Notes under the pieces: model-generated | What the model was told of the DNA's origin: nothing | Databases searched by the model: none | What the model saw: only the letters and a program-made list of their open reading frames with translations | In this document: positions 18,001-32,195 of the stretch, in pieces | Layout of the letters: the number at the start of each line of letters is the position of its first letter | Numbering within the stretch: the stretch's first letter is position 1 | From: Macrostomum lignano | Taxonomy: Eukaryota | Reading direction: 5' to 3' | Length of the DNA stretch: 64,000 nucleotides | Assembly (NCBI GenBank): GCA_002269645.1 | Contig: NIVC01001325.1 | Location: forward strand, 62,001-126,000 | Made by a program: the position numbers and the translations under genes

Positions 18001-19935
18001 AAAGATTAACATAGAATCCTAATTTTCTGAACTAAAAACTTTATGAATATCAATAGAGCAATAAGAAAAGCACAACATGTCAAGAGATGAACATTGGATC
18101 TGCCTCCTATCAAAAGCAATAACAATTTTTGTTCTGAAAAAATGAAATCCTCCTATCTACGTAGTGCATTTTTCGGCGAAAAGTGGCCTTCTAAACATTT
18201 TCCATGAAACGTGAGTGTCGCGTCCTGTATATACGTTGCTTTAGTTGTCCTTGATACGAGGGTCACAGTGACAGTACGAACCCATACAATAAAATCACAG
18301 TTATGGTCGTCTCCGCTAGCACTACTCTGCATCCGCTGGCTCCGAGCATTATATTGTAAACCCAGCATGCTGGCCCTGATGGCGCAGACAGTTGTATTCC
18401 CTCACTTTCTGTCCTTGGCGACGCCTCATTTCCGGTTGGTGTCGCTGCAATAATTCGAGTTTCTTACACGGTACTTACTTTATTAACAATAATTGTACAA
18501 GTAACCCTGGTAGACTTACGGTAGCGCATAATACATTAATTATACAATACGCAATAGCTGCGGTTCTGAATAAACCAAGTTATGAAACATGGAATCTACA
18601 TAACGGTACTGTACTTGTATAATTACTCTTAGAGCAATCTGAGCACTGAGAGCAAACAGTTGAAAATTTAGCATACTGTTTAGCCATGATCTTTTCTAAA
18701 CTCCACGTTTCTTTAGCTTCTCGGCTGCAGCCAGTGCAGGTACGCCTGACCTGCAAGCAAAAACTCTACGAGTCAGGTGCGAGCGGAGTTAACTTTACTT
18801 CAAGTTTACCCTGGAAACCAATTCAATAATTGGATTTCATAAAATAATCCTGAGAAAGCAGCAACTAACTAGACTCAAGAGTTCATTGCACTTGCTTGCA
18901 TACGCATTCTGAAACGCATTCGAATGGCATGCCTGCCTCAAGCCCAATGCCGTTTAGCTATGTGGGTCAAAATGTCTAAATAATAATTGCTAAAAACATA
19001 AACCCACTCAAGACTAAACAAACTGCATGGAAACTAAAGACTAAATACTAACTAAAACTTTTGCTAAGCAGAAACAAATTATTGGTCACAACAATCGCAG
19101 ACTGCGCAGCTCACTGGAGCACTGGACATCGTCAACAAAATATCGTAAGTACGAGCCAGATGTCGCATGCGAGCAAAGCTCTATTGTTTTCTCAGAAAAA
19201 ATGTTTTGAATTAATTTATCTGAGTAAGGGCAAATTAAAAATGGTACTGGGATAAAAATTTGTGCTAAATTATTCCTTCACCTCCAGAGTGTCCGTCGTC
19301 TCCATGGCAGTGATGTTCTGGCAACTTTGGGTCTGCGTGAAACAATTAAAATTCTATTTAGCAAAAGAAACTCGCATTGAAAAAAGGTTGCTGGGTTACT
19401 ATGCGAGAAGTTGCCATGAAGATTTGGGGAGGTTGACTGATATTAAAAAATGAAACTGTAATGGCGTAGGGAGGCTGGGACAGACAGCCAAAATTAATTC
19501 GCTTACCAACGCGCTTCATCAGGATCGGATCGCCCAGCTCTATGAAGAAGAACTCGTTCTTTTCGTATTCCTCATCGTCAATGATCCTGATCTTGATGGT
19601 TTTCCTGTCAAGGAAAGGCAAGGTAAGTTGCTGACAGGAGTTGAGAAATGAACGCAACGAAACATGGCTAAAAACCGAAGCATGCTGGGAATTCCAATAC
19701 GTGTTACAGCACTCGCTAAAGGTGCACCCTTTAACCTGGCAATTCGATGCCAATAATTACCCCCAGTACGATCTATCCTCTTCATCCGTTTGTTCTTCGC
19801 TGCCTTCAGATGGCTTTAAGCCGGTCGATGCTTAGAAACCGGCTGGCACCGGAATTCGCTGCACCGCTAGCCGCTTCCAACCGAAAGTGGAAAAGGTCAC
19901 TCCCGATCCCGGTCTGTTCCTTGGCCTTTTGCTTG

Positions 19936-19990
<55 letters not shown>

Positions 19991-20179
19991 CTGTTCTGTG
20001 AATTACAGCGTCTGAGAGGGGAGAAGAAAGCGGAAAGGGTAATCTGGGATCTGGGATACGCCCTATTCCAGCCTGTATTGGTGCCTGTTGTGGGAAAGAG
20101 GATAGAGGAGGGCACCGCCCTTGCGCGGGGGCACAATCTGCCCTTGATATTTCCTGTCTCTCTCTCCATCTTCCCCCAC

Positions 20180-20243
<64 letters not shown>

Positions 20244-22797
20244 TTGACGCGCCTTCGTCCCTGCCTGAGGAATCCCGAGATTCCGTCAGCTTGGTAGGCA
20301 GAGGGAGCGGGTGCGAGAGGAGAGAAAGTCATATACCTCCTGCGCAATCACCCTCGAACTTTTTCCTCGAAATGTTTTTCTCCCTTTTGCAAACTCCTCT
20401 ATGCCTGTCTATACTTTTGCTGTTTGCATCTATGGAGCTGCTTCCAGCTAAGTCGGTAGCCTGGTTCACTGACCGACCAAAATCTGTCACTCTATGTGCT
20501 CAATACGAGCATAGTTACACTAAATTTAGACTGGGGCCCAGTCTAACCCCAGTTCAAAACATTCTAACCGAAGTAAGGTTTAGCCATAGACAAGATTATC
20601 CTCAGTCTGAATTGAATTTCCGCTAGTTTTTTTTAGAACTGGACTTTGATCAAAATTGAACGTGAAAAGGTAAAATGAAATTCATTCGTTTGCAGTGTCC
20701 CCCCTCATTGAGGTTTTCGGTTCCCAAAGTCCGACCTGAATAAACTGCTCCAGTTTTTTGTTTTTGAAGTTCGCACAGAGAACGGAGAAAAGTTTCCACC
20801 TGGGCCATTGACTACGGATTCCCGACTCAAAATGGTGTAAATTTTCAACGATTAAATAAGTAATTGCATTTTTTTTGAAAATTTAATCATCATCATTATT
20901 TAAATAAGTTGAATGCAGAGAGCTCAGGTAGAAGTATTCTGAGCAAATAAGAAGCAAGCAAGGAGAAAAGAGTCTGAATCTGGGATTCGCCTAAGCTGCT
21001 TAAACCCTTCGCCGCCTGCCTGTTGCGAGCGAAGAATTTGTCAATCCGAGCCCAAAGATCGATTCGCCAGTGAGAAAGAATAAGAAAAGAAACGAAAGGA
21101 TGAAGAGGAGTCGATGTGCTCAAGGAGCGTGGCTGAGTAGGACTAGGGCCGGCCAAGCGAAAGAGACGGCGCAAACTCGGGGGACCGCCCGGCATCATCT
21201 GTCATTGATGGCATGGGAAGGCAGCTGGACGGCTATCCGAGTTAGGAGGCACTTTTAGAACTGCGCTAGTCCGAGTCCCCAGAGGAGGCCTGGCTAACTC
21301 TCCCCGGGCATGCTGATCCCCAAACTTCTCCCCCCATCTCACAGCCTGCTCAGCTCACACGGCCCATATTTTGACGAACGCGCGAAAGATCGAGTCGAGT
21401 GGACTTTCATCCAAAACTTGCGGCACAATTCTGACTTGCTGTGTTGCAAAAAAATGACATCCTGTTTCCAAACCTCTTCCCTCTCGTTCGCACATTCCAC
21501 CCGCAATTATTTGGCGCAGCAATCCTGCAATTATTCTCTATTTAGCAATGCCTGGAATTCGCAGAGCTTTTGTCTGTCTTGTCTTTCCATTTCCTTTGAT
21601 GTACAGCGTCACTCAATTCGAATATTTGTGCGGATTTTCCCCTCAACTAACGAGGAATTCTCTATGAAATTCCCGAATACAATTTTTAGTGCACATGCGT
21701 AGCTCCTGTTGCCCATGCATGCTTTGAGTCAGGGTCGGAGGGGTTGCCTGGATTGTCATGCACAGACCACCCCCCCCCCTCGATTTGGTGTGCGTACGAG
21801 CTCGTAGCAGTTAATTCCGCACCATCGACTCACTCAGTTTCATCGTTGTGGAACTCCAGATAGTCCTTCACAGAATCGAAGTCATTTCCGTCGCCCTTGG
21901 CCGTGCCGTCAACCGTCTTGAAGGGCAGCCGAACGATGCCACGGGCACCTGGATGAACGGGGGTTGCAGTTGGTTTTCTAGGCTAGAAATGTGATCCACC
22001 TGTAGAGATACTCCCCATTAAAACAAATTGAATGCGAAATACAATATATTTGCTTTAATTCTTGAGCAGCTGAATTTCAGCCAATCCAGCAGAATATCCT
22101 TCTGCTGGTGTGGTGTCAATTCGATGCCTTTAAGTCTCGGAGAGGCCCACAGACAAGATCAGAGCTGTATAAAATTCACGGTATGAGTTGAGTTCAGCAA
22201 AAACCGCTCCTCAACTGGGTCCGGTATGTACCCAAGCTCGCTATCTTCCCCTTCTATCCTTCAAGGCCATCAATTTCCCAGGGGTTTCAACTGATTTGCA
22301 TACTTGTGTTACAGAGCCGATCCCAGTTGGACATCTGTCCCGGCTCTTCTTCGTGGCAATTGGCCATCTCGGACCAATGAGGCTGTTACATACCCAGCGC
22401 GAAAGAGATAGATAAAATAAACATTATTAGATGTCCTCAAGAGACAGAAGGGCACAGCAGGATCTGGGGGCAGGGGGTTGAAGCGAAAAGCAGATTGGAA
22501 GCTTGGTCCTCCTGCCTTTCTTCCAAGCAGGGGAGGTGCATAGGCACGAATCCCCTGAGCTGCATTGGGATTCGGGGGAAATTCCCAGGAGACTGGGAAG
22601 CTACGCTGACTTGGCCATCTATAAAATCATCATCCACACTTTCCAGTTGCTAGTAGTCAGCACTCACTGGAGCGGTCGCCTCCGTGTGATTAGGATGGCA
22701 AAAGCCAATTTCTAATCGCCCGCGGTCTCGCCGTCACCAAATTATTTGCCCCTGACTGCCTTCCTCGTGTGAGCGGCGGGCAGGCAATCTCTTTTCA

Positions 22798-22832
<35 letters not shown>

Positions 22833-25557
22833 TTTTCTCCGGCCTTATTAGACAATCGGCAGTTTCCAATTTTGAGACGTTGAGACAAGCGTAAATGAAA
22901 GCTTCCGTACTTCTCATCCATAACTCGGTATAACTCGATGTTTGACGAATTGGACGAGTTGTTTTCTTCCTTGCGACCTTTTCTAGACTAAGAATTAATG
23001 AACTTCATTTAATGCTAACCAGCTTGCTTGTACCCCTATAATAATTCTCCACTGATTCTGTACACTTCTCCTGTTGATTTTTTAGTGACTAAAAGCAGAT
23101 CCGAGCTTCGTGATTCTGAAATAAATTCAAGAAACGCTGACCTACCATTAGCTAAACAATTTTAATCGCCTGTCCCGGCTAATTCGTTCTTGTTTATTTA
23201 ACGTGCCTTTCAGACGTGCCGAAATAGCATATCATAAGCGCCTACTCAATCAATAATCCATCTCCCATTTTGCGAATTAACTCACTTGGGGTTTTTATAA
23301 GAGTACTAGTGTTAGCGACCTGGCTGCGACTTCAAATGGGCTCCTTTTTATGTATATTCTGAAAGTCTCTTATAGTCGACTCGCGAACACTATAACCATA
23401 ATGCATATCCGTGGGCACTTTCTGATTTAATTGGTACAAAGCTTACTCGGCGCAGCAGGGCTCAAGCGCATCTATAAGCTCCTCAGTCTCTCTCAGTCTC
23501 TCCTATTTCTGTCTTAGCCATGCAGTTCTCTGGTTTGCATTCTTACATCTCTCCAGGCCATTCAAATCCCTCTTGTCCCTTTGTAAGCCGCTTCTGCCTC
23601 CCCATAGCGCCATTTTTTTCGTGAACTAGCTCAGCTTCCGTAGATACGTTAGTTGGGCGTCATGCTAGTGTGGGGATTCACTTCATTTATTATTCTGTCT
23701 CTCTGCACGCCCTGATACGCTCGCATCCGTTTTCTCTGCAACTGTGATAGCTCGTTTCTTCGCTGCGACTCGGTATCCGATTAATTATTATTTGAAGGCC
23801 AAATTGCTTGTAAGTAAAGTGCAAACCCGCTTAGAAGAAAAGGCATAAGCAAAATTATATATCGAAATAGCATCGCTAGGAATAAACGAAAACCGATGCC
23901 CAGTCGTTCGAATAATCAGAAATACACGGAAATTATTCCAGTATAAACGAACAAAAACGATCTGGTGAGGCTTACCTGAGCTACGCTGCACCTTGAATTC
24001 GGCCTCGCCGATTGCCTCGTGCACCGTGGCCTCAGTGACTTCGAAATGGAAGATGCCAGCATGATCGTCGTCCAGAACCATGATCGTGGCTCGGATGGGG
24101 TCGGCAAGCTCTACACGAGTTTCAGGATCGCCGCCCTCCACTCGGATGTTGGACAGTTCAACGTAAAAGTGTTCATCTTCTTCAAACACGTCATCATCGA
24201 TGATCGTCAGGCTGAATTGGCAGTGCTTCTCGCCAGAGTGAAACACCAGAGTGCCTTGAGCAGCGACGTAGTCATCGCCAGCGGTGGCTGTACCGTCCAC
24301 TGTGTGATAGTCCAGCCTCACCACGGCATTTAGATCGCCGCCAGATCGTGACACTGTCAGCGAGAAGGTGCCAACATTCTCCATCACGGTGTAGTGGCCC
24401 GGGTCGAAGAAGATCTTCTGCAGGTTGGGGTCTTCCTCCTGCTCCTCAACAGCAACAGAGAGACGACGCTCGACTTTAGACTTCTTGATGACGTTTCCGG
24501 AACCAGTGAGCTGCCTGGTGGCTTGCATGCGGTAGAAAGCTCGCGACTTCGGGCCCCTGTTAAGCACCTCCATCTGCGCCATCTCTTCCAGCATCTTGGG
24601 ATCGGCGTTCGGGTGCTTCTTGCGAATCTCGCGCAGGATCTCAATGTAGTCATGCCGCGTCTTCTCAAAATCGCTCAGGTCAGTGTCAACTGCTGATGGG
24701 TCCACGACAGCGGTTTCGGGGTTTTGCATCTCCAATTCGCCATCCTGGTACGCCTTGGCTGATCGTGCAGTGTAGTGCTTCTTAAGGAAGCTTTTGAAAA
24801 AGATTTTCGTATCGGCAACGTACGCGAGCAGTACGGTCAGTGGAAAAAAAGCAAAAGTCAAGACGGCTTCCCAAACTTGAACTCTGCCAGGCGAGAAGAT
24901 GTCGATGATCATATACATCCACAGGTAGGCAAAGACAGAGAAAGAGGCTGTTACAAAGAACACAAGCAGGTGTTTGATTCGACGTATCTCTCCGTTTGGT
25001 ATGACGTAGACGCAGAGGCCAATGATGATGAACAGGTTGAATGCCGCGCTACCTACAATCGTGCCTGGGCCCAGGTCGCCCGCCTCAAACTTCTTGCCAC
25101 AGATTTCTATGATGGAGAGTAAAATCTCTGGCGCTGAGGAACCCAGAGCCATCAGTGTCAGGTTGCTGACTGTTTCGTTCCAGATGCGCACGCTAACAAC
25201 CTGTTTGGTACCGTCTTTCATTTTTACCACCACATCCTTCTCCTTGGAGGTGATAACTTCAATGGCGGCCATAAACCGATCGGCTATGATGGACACACCA
25301 AGAAAACAATAGATCAAACAGGAAAAGTACACCACTGCTCTAGCCAGCTTGTCGCCGAAGCTGAGATTTAGCGACGGCTGCCAAACGGGTAGCATGACAC
25401 CTGGCTGACATTTGGTGTTGGCGCTTGACTTGCAGGTGCCGTTGGCGTCCCGCTTAACGGCGCTCGCATCGCCTACAAGGCATAGCAGGAGAAATAGCAG
25501 CACAGGCGGTGACAGCAGCAGCGCCAGTGGGTGCGATCGGCCACACTGAGATGCCAT
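12007..25557 (-). CDS. NCX: Sodium/calcium exchanger (NCX, SLC8 family), 8 core exons, 888 aa
   Basis: Exons 25557-23976, 21948-21834, 19604-19507, 16248-16136, 16046-15947, 14113-13991, 13145-12987 and 12383-12007 total 2667 nt and are all phase-consistent. Signal peptide, alpha-1 repeat GSSAPE, XIP-like region, two Calx-beta domains ([13 protein letters not shown]; [10 protein letters not shown]), GTSSWKEQF, alpha-2 repeat GTSLPD...[10 protein letters not shown]. Confidence 0.97.
12597..12930. repeat. Dispersed repeat, copy 2 (in the last NCX intron)
   Basis: Near-identical to 1988-2243, in the same orientation. Confidence 0.8.
17544..18253. mobile_element. Foldback MITE of the CAAGGAC family (8-bp TSD)
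   Basis: CAAGGACTAC...GTTGTCCTTG termini; exact TSD ATACGAGG at 17536-17543 and 18254-18261; long imperfect internal inverted arms (~17690-17850 vs ~17945-18110). Confidence 0.85.
18406..18444 (-). CDS. Candidate 39-nt cassette exon of NCX (phase 1-1; [13 protein letters not shown])
   Basis: attattgcag|...|gtgagg; length is a multiple of 3, stop-free in the NCX frame, located in the CBD2 alternative-splicing interval. Confidence 0.45.
19282..19332 (-). CDS. Candidate 51-nt cassette exon of NCX (phase 1-1; [17 protein letters not shown])
   Basis: ttgtttcacgcag|...|gtgaag; length is a multiple of 3, stop-free in the NCX frame, 175 nt downstream of the CBD2 exon. Confidence 0.55.
19939..20240. 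repeat. Two (CT)n microsatellites (~19939-19988 and ~20185-20240); a third lies at ~22800-22829
   Basis: Direct reading; all lie in NCX introns. Confidence 0.95.
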
Positions 25558-28500
25558 GCTTCAGCCCAAAATTGTCTGCTGGACGGTGGAAAACCGGGAC
25601 AGCCTGATGTCCCTTTGCGCCTTTCTTTGGCAATTGAGCGATGCACGCGTGATTCGGCTAAACAAAGGCCTGCGCCACAGGTGCTTTTGTCCTTAGTTGC
25701 AATTCGAGATAATCTGATCGCTCCCGGGCGAAAATTCAGTTCCAACTGAGCCACTTGACTTCTCGTCTTTCGCTACGTGCGCCTATCTCCTGCTCGCTTT
25801 CCTTTAGCTGGTTCTTCTCTGTTTCGCTTGCATGGAGAAGCGAAGGGGAAAGAGTATCCGGGAGAGTACGGGGCTCAGAATGTGTAGAAGTATCGGAATA
25901 GGGCGGGTGGGGAGTCGAAGTGCGCGCACTCTGACGCGCTTTGGGGGCAATTTTAAATTGCTTCTGAGGCGGTTGGGTAGGTTGGCGGCTAAGGGGTGGG
26001 GCTTGGAGAGGGGAGAGAGCGGCGGAGAGAAAGGGCAGAGGGAATGGAGGGTAATGAGGGGCCAGAGACGAGAGAGAAGAGAGAGACATACAGTGGCAAA
26101 GCCAACTGATGTTCAAGCCAATAAGAATGTCCGGCAGCACTCGCGCACTGCACACGCATTCAGACTTTTGTTAGTACTAGCTGCGGGCTTGGAAGGCAGT
26201 CAAGCAGTGCGAATTCGGCTGGAGTGGGGCAGACGAGAGAGAGGCCGTCTTTGGTCTTTTAGAAATGGTGGTTATTGGTAAACTCTTAACTTAAGAGTGG
26301 ATACCAGTACTACGATAGGAAAAGGGTAACCAAAAGAACGAAAGAGATATATCAGAAGGGGGAAGTCCGGGGAGTGCAAACCGCTAGAAACAGTAGTAGA
26401 AGGACGCCTAGAAAAAGGGGAGAGTGTCTGACGGAGGAAATTTCTGCTGATAACGCACACTCGCACACGCACAGGCGAATCAGTTTGCCATTTTCTGCAA
26501 ATGCAAACTTGCCTTCCCCGTTAGCCCCGCCTCCCCAACCCTAGGAGAGGCAAACTGATCGTTGCATCCCGTTGTTCACTGCCGCAAAGAAATGTCTATC
26601 TAGAGAGTGCATAGTGAATTCACGGTGAAGGGAAGCAGAAAAACCGTATGACTCGACTGACTCGGCTCCCCATACGCTACGAGTATATACATGTACAGCC
26701 GTCGAGTCATTCTGCGCTGCTGTCTCTCAGGAAAGAAAGCGGAGAGGGGATTAGGGGCGCACAGGTGGGTACTGCTGCATCTGGTTGGCGCACTTTCCAT
26801 CCGTTAGATTTAATGCTCCTGTAAGGTTTTGCCCTGTAGCTCCCTCTCACACTATATCTCTTCCCACTAGCCAGCTAGTCTGTGTTCCCTGCACACTCTG
26901 TGACGCATTGCCCCGGTCACAAATGCAAGCAAGCATTTGAATAAAGAGACACAGAGAGACCACACGAGGATAGACAAAAGGCAAAATGGCATAGCGACTG
27001 ACACTTTAGAAAAGTTGCGACAGGAATCGTACGGACTTGGGCAGGCCGCGGGATGCGGGGGAGACGGGGAGTTTAGCCGACTGATCTGTGAATGGCTTTT
27101 TGCCCCACCCTCCCCCATCTCACACGGGGGCTCTGCCTCATCTATTCTCTGTTCCCTAGCTTTCATGGTTGCTCTATGGAATATGCCCGAAACGCTGTCC
27201 GTATCCCGTGCTCTCTTCGGCGAGCTTATTTACTCAGCATACAAATTTTGCAGAGTTCTAAAGGGTTCCAGTACGAGGGACAATATCTCATTCAAAACCA
27301 GGTTGTGTGCCGATGCCAATCAATAATGCGATATTTCTAAGGCTGCAGGAGTTCCAGGTTTCCTATTTTAGGTAGCTGAGGAAATTGCGTGGGCTAGTAT
27401 GCATGTTGAGTGCGTTTATACTGCGCTTCTGAAATGATGCGGAAACTTGATGCTCATTCTTTACTATTGGGAAAAGACCCATTCGAATTTACTAAAGTGT
27501 GATTTTCTCAGGAAGCCCTCAGCCTCTCATGCGCTTCAAACAATGTCCCGAAATTTAGGGAAGTCAGATTTTTTAAAACAAAAAATACCCCTTGTTTTTG
27601 ACCAGTCAAAGCGCGTGAATTTCTATTCCCCAAACCAATTGGGCCTCAAAGCGCTTCCGATCCTATTATAAATTTGCCTTGCCAGCAAAAACCAAAGTCT
27701 TCTTTGCGACAGAATTCGTGCCATACTTAATCGATATCGGCACAGTACAGTGCGCTACAGGGCTATTGCTGCTCTCTCCTGCTCACAGGGAACGGAGTTT
27801 CTCAAAATGCATTGTAGAAAAGCAGAAACAACAATGTAGCAATATCCGTGACGTACTGCGCTCGTTTGCCTTCGTATTGGCAGGGAGTTAATTTGAGAGC
27901 TTTCTTCCCCTCCCTCTGGGGAATTGGGGAATACAGAGAGAATACTGCGCGCTCATATGGGGAGAGAAAACTTTTGAGGCCGCATGTGGAGTATTTAGGT
28001 CAGGGGTTTATATCCCGCCAGCTCACCGCGGGCTTGCGCAGTGCACAGTAACCATACCGTATAGAGGATTCAATTAGAAGCAAGCTTTTTTTCCACTTGG
28101 CCAATGCTTCTGACTGGCAAGTCAACAGAATCAGTTTTATAAGCTGTCCCCAGTGTATTCGACTCACTCCAACTCAACCCAGTTCCCGTCTAGCAACCAA
28201 TTTAATCAGATCAATTAACCCTTTGCTGAATTTATTGAATTTATCCCAGATATTTCACGTTTAAATACTGCGCTAATTACCAAGGCACACAGCTCTCAGG
28301 CTATCATACAATGTTAATTTTGCATTAGAAACCCCCCACACTGCACAGCAGGTAGTTTTGAATTTCAGTCCAAATTAGTATGTGACGTGGGGCCTGTTAA
28401 ATATCATGAATTCTGAATTTGGATAGGATTTGCACTAGCCACAGCAATATTCATCACTAAGCAATAGACGGTGCTTGCTTTTAATTTTGGCCTAAAAATA

Positions 28501-30067
28501 ACTTTCCAGAGCATCATCAATGCCTGCGAAATGCCTGAGAGCGGCTTTCGTGTTCTGAAAGCTGCTATTTAAGAATGTATAGGATGGTCAGCTTGCTCGC
28601 TGGAATTAATTAGCACTGGACTGATTGCTTTTGTTCCATTAGAAAAAAAGTTCACGAGCCGAAAAACGAACTGAATTTTCAATTTTTTTCGTCTTGTATC
28701 AGTTTAAAATACTCAGACATAGCAACCCCGGCAGTCATTTTGCAATGAAAATCGATCTAGACTACGCTCTGCTTGATGCATTCCAGCTTAATTTTTTTTT
28801 CAAATGCTTGAAACGCATGTGCGTAGTGTTCGCTAAAGGGCCTCTTTAAAGTGCACCGGATCTTTGAAAATATTCTGCTCGCATCGCCGAAGCCGGGGGT
28901 TGAGGGGGAGGGCGACCGATGATCGAATAGAAAGTTGTGGTTGGGCGCGAGGGCCGTTTCTGCGGCACTTAATCATTTCCGCCAGAAATATGCCAGTCTC
29001 CCCTTCTAAACCCAGTTCGCAAGCGAAAGCAGATGGCCGGCCACACAGCCTCACTAAACCACAGCCAATCCCTCTGTTTTATCCAGACTTTTAGTCTCGT
29101 GATCTGGTCCAGTGGCTGGTGCACTGCTGCAACAGCTCCCGTGAATTATTAACATCAGCGTCAGATTCTGAAACTGAAAGCCAGCATGCAGGCGCGCTGT
29201 GGATGGAGAGAAAAGAGCCGAGTGAGCAGGAGATGCTGCTGTAGGGTCACACAGGGTCAAAGTCCTTGCTATAGCACTTTTTGCCAGACCCACACTCTTC
29301 CACGAGCGTACGTTCCACTGCAGTCGAATGAGGAGCCATTGAAATAAAAATTAAGCTAAGACTAAGCTTAGCCTTGTAATTAGTGTCTGTTGCCTTTTTG
29401 TCTTCATCAAAGCGTTGCTAATGAATATAGCTATTAAAAATTGCCACATTGATCCACCTTGATGAAAACAACCCGAAGGAGGGAGCGGTGCAAAATGATA
29501 ATATTTTAATAGCAAAATTGAATCTACTGGAAGCAGTCCACACCTGCATTGGCATAGCTCAGAGTCCCCTTTACCCATAAAATAGCTCACACAATGCAGC
29601 GCGCATCGGGATAGGCGTGGCAAGAATGCGAGATTTTTTGTCCACCGTCAGAAGAGGGCAGGAAAAACGGGCACCAGCTACCACTCTGGGGCTAAATGGG
29701 GAATTCTCCCTGTGGAACAAAAGCCATACATTATTTACGGACTTAGCCGCGGCGCACACATCCCATTCCCGGCGAAAACTTCCACGTGGGTCCTCCACCG
29801 CCGCCTCCAACTCCGCTTCCCCACCCGCTGCGCGTCTACCCTACCTTGACGAAGAGTTCACCGATGTGGCACCTGGACGACTGGACGTTCGATAGCGGTC
29901 GGTTTGTACTTCTATTCTGGCTGTGACCTGGGCTCAGCGGGGCTGCTCGCCTTCTACCTACCTCGGCTCCCTCTCTCCTGTCCTCCTTTTACTTGCTTTC
30001 CAGATACTCTTGCTCTCTGCCTCTCGATGAACGATCCAGTTTAGTCTGTGCTACACTGCAATCAATA

Positions 30068-30348
30068 AGTCAGTCAGTCAGTCAGTCAGTCAGTCAGTCA
30101 GTTAGTCAGTCAGTCAGTCAGTCAGTCAGTCAGTCAGTCAGTCAGTCAGTCAGTCAGTCAGTCAGTCAGTCAGTCAGTCAGTCAGTCAGTCAGTCAGTCA
30201 GTCAGTCAGTCAGTCAGTCAGTCAGTCAGTCAGTCAGTCAGTCAGTCAGTCAGTCAGTCAATCAGTCAGTCAGTCAGTCAGTCAGTCAGTCAGTCAATCA
30301 GTCAGTCAGTCAGTCAGTCAATCAGTCAGTCAGTCAGTCAGTCAGTCA
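30068..30348. repeat. (TCAG)n microsatellite
   Basis: Direct reading, with occasional TCAA/TTAG variants. Confidence 0.97.
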
Positions 30349-31319
30349 GTGCGTTCTCCAAAATATGTTTTATCCCTGTCCTTTCCAGCCCAGTTGATAA
30401 ATTTCTACAATTCCTAATCAGTTCCATATGCCAGCCGACGTGTCCGCATCTGTCAGTTTCGTGTGCAGGCAGGCGGGCAGGCTATCGCAGTTTGGCACAC
30501 TTCAGTAAAACTTAATCCACGCCATGCGCAGTCAGCTGCGATATGCTGCTAGGCCAAGCCAGCCTGCGCCTGCCTAAGATTTCGTTCGTGGACAAACAAA
30601 ATGGCATGGCGCCGGAGCCGACTTTATCGGATCTTCGATACGTCAGCAGCCGCCTCTTCGAACTTCAAGTGCCGCCTCAGGCCTCCCGCAGCAGACATCA
30701 AGTGCGTGCAGCAAAATTTTACCCTTCTGGCTGTCGTAAAAAAAACAATGCGAAAAGGTCTACAACCGCTATTCTTCTATTCTGGCTGTCCAACTGACAT
30801 TTTTCGATTTCTTCCCCACATTCGAAAGTAAATTCTGTGTGCAATTCATTGTTTAGTAAACTTCGGCTTAGAAAGTTTTGCATGGTTTTTAATTTGTTAA
30901 TAAAAGGTGACTTTTAGCTGTTTTAGGCGATATGTATTGAACATTTGATATTTTATCCGACTTGTGAACTTCGGACAGAACGCAATATATCAAATCAATA
31001 ATTTACTTCATTTTCTTCATAAAGTTATTTTAATAAGCAATTCTGAAGCTCACATCAGAAATATCAAGACGAAAATAGAACCGCGAGAAAGCACAATAGG
31101 ATTTTGTTTGCACACTTTGTCATGTCGCCAGCCTGAAGTTTACCTCTTAGTTTAGTTAGCTAGAGCTCAGCACCCCTAGCTGACACCTAGGGGCTCCTGG
31201 GCAAACATGTGCCTGTTTCCACCAGCTCAGCTCTGTCACTTCCACAGGACAGAGGCAGCGCTTCAGCCACTGCTTGCTCAGTGCATGCGTGAGTAGAAGG
31301 GGGCGGGAAGAGGGAAGAA

Positions 31320-32195
<876 letters not shown>

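Noticed and set aside
18713-18753. Strong acceptor (tttttgcttgcag|gtcagg) in the NCX cassette region
   Set aside because: In the NCX frame it reaches a stop after 12 codons, and the only in-phase 18-nt alternative needs a weak donor (gtggag). A poison exon or recursive site cannot be supported from sequence alone.
19755-19835. Acidic minus-strand peptide ([16 protein letters not shown]) with a donor, as a possible alternative NCX exon
   Set aside because: No credible phase-2 acceptor, and it would interrupt a CBD2 beta-strand.
29850-29990. Possible non-coding first exon of NCX (caag|gtaggg on the minus strand)
   Set aside because: A single donor motif without independent evidence.
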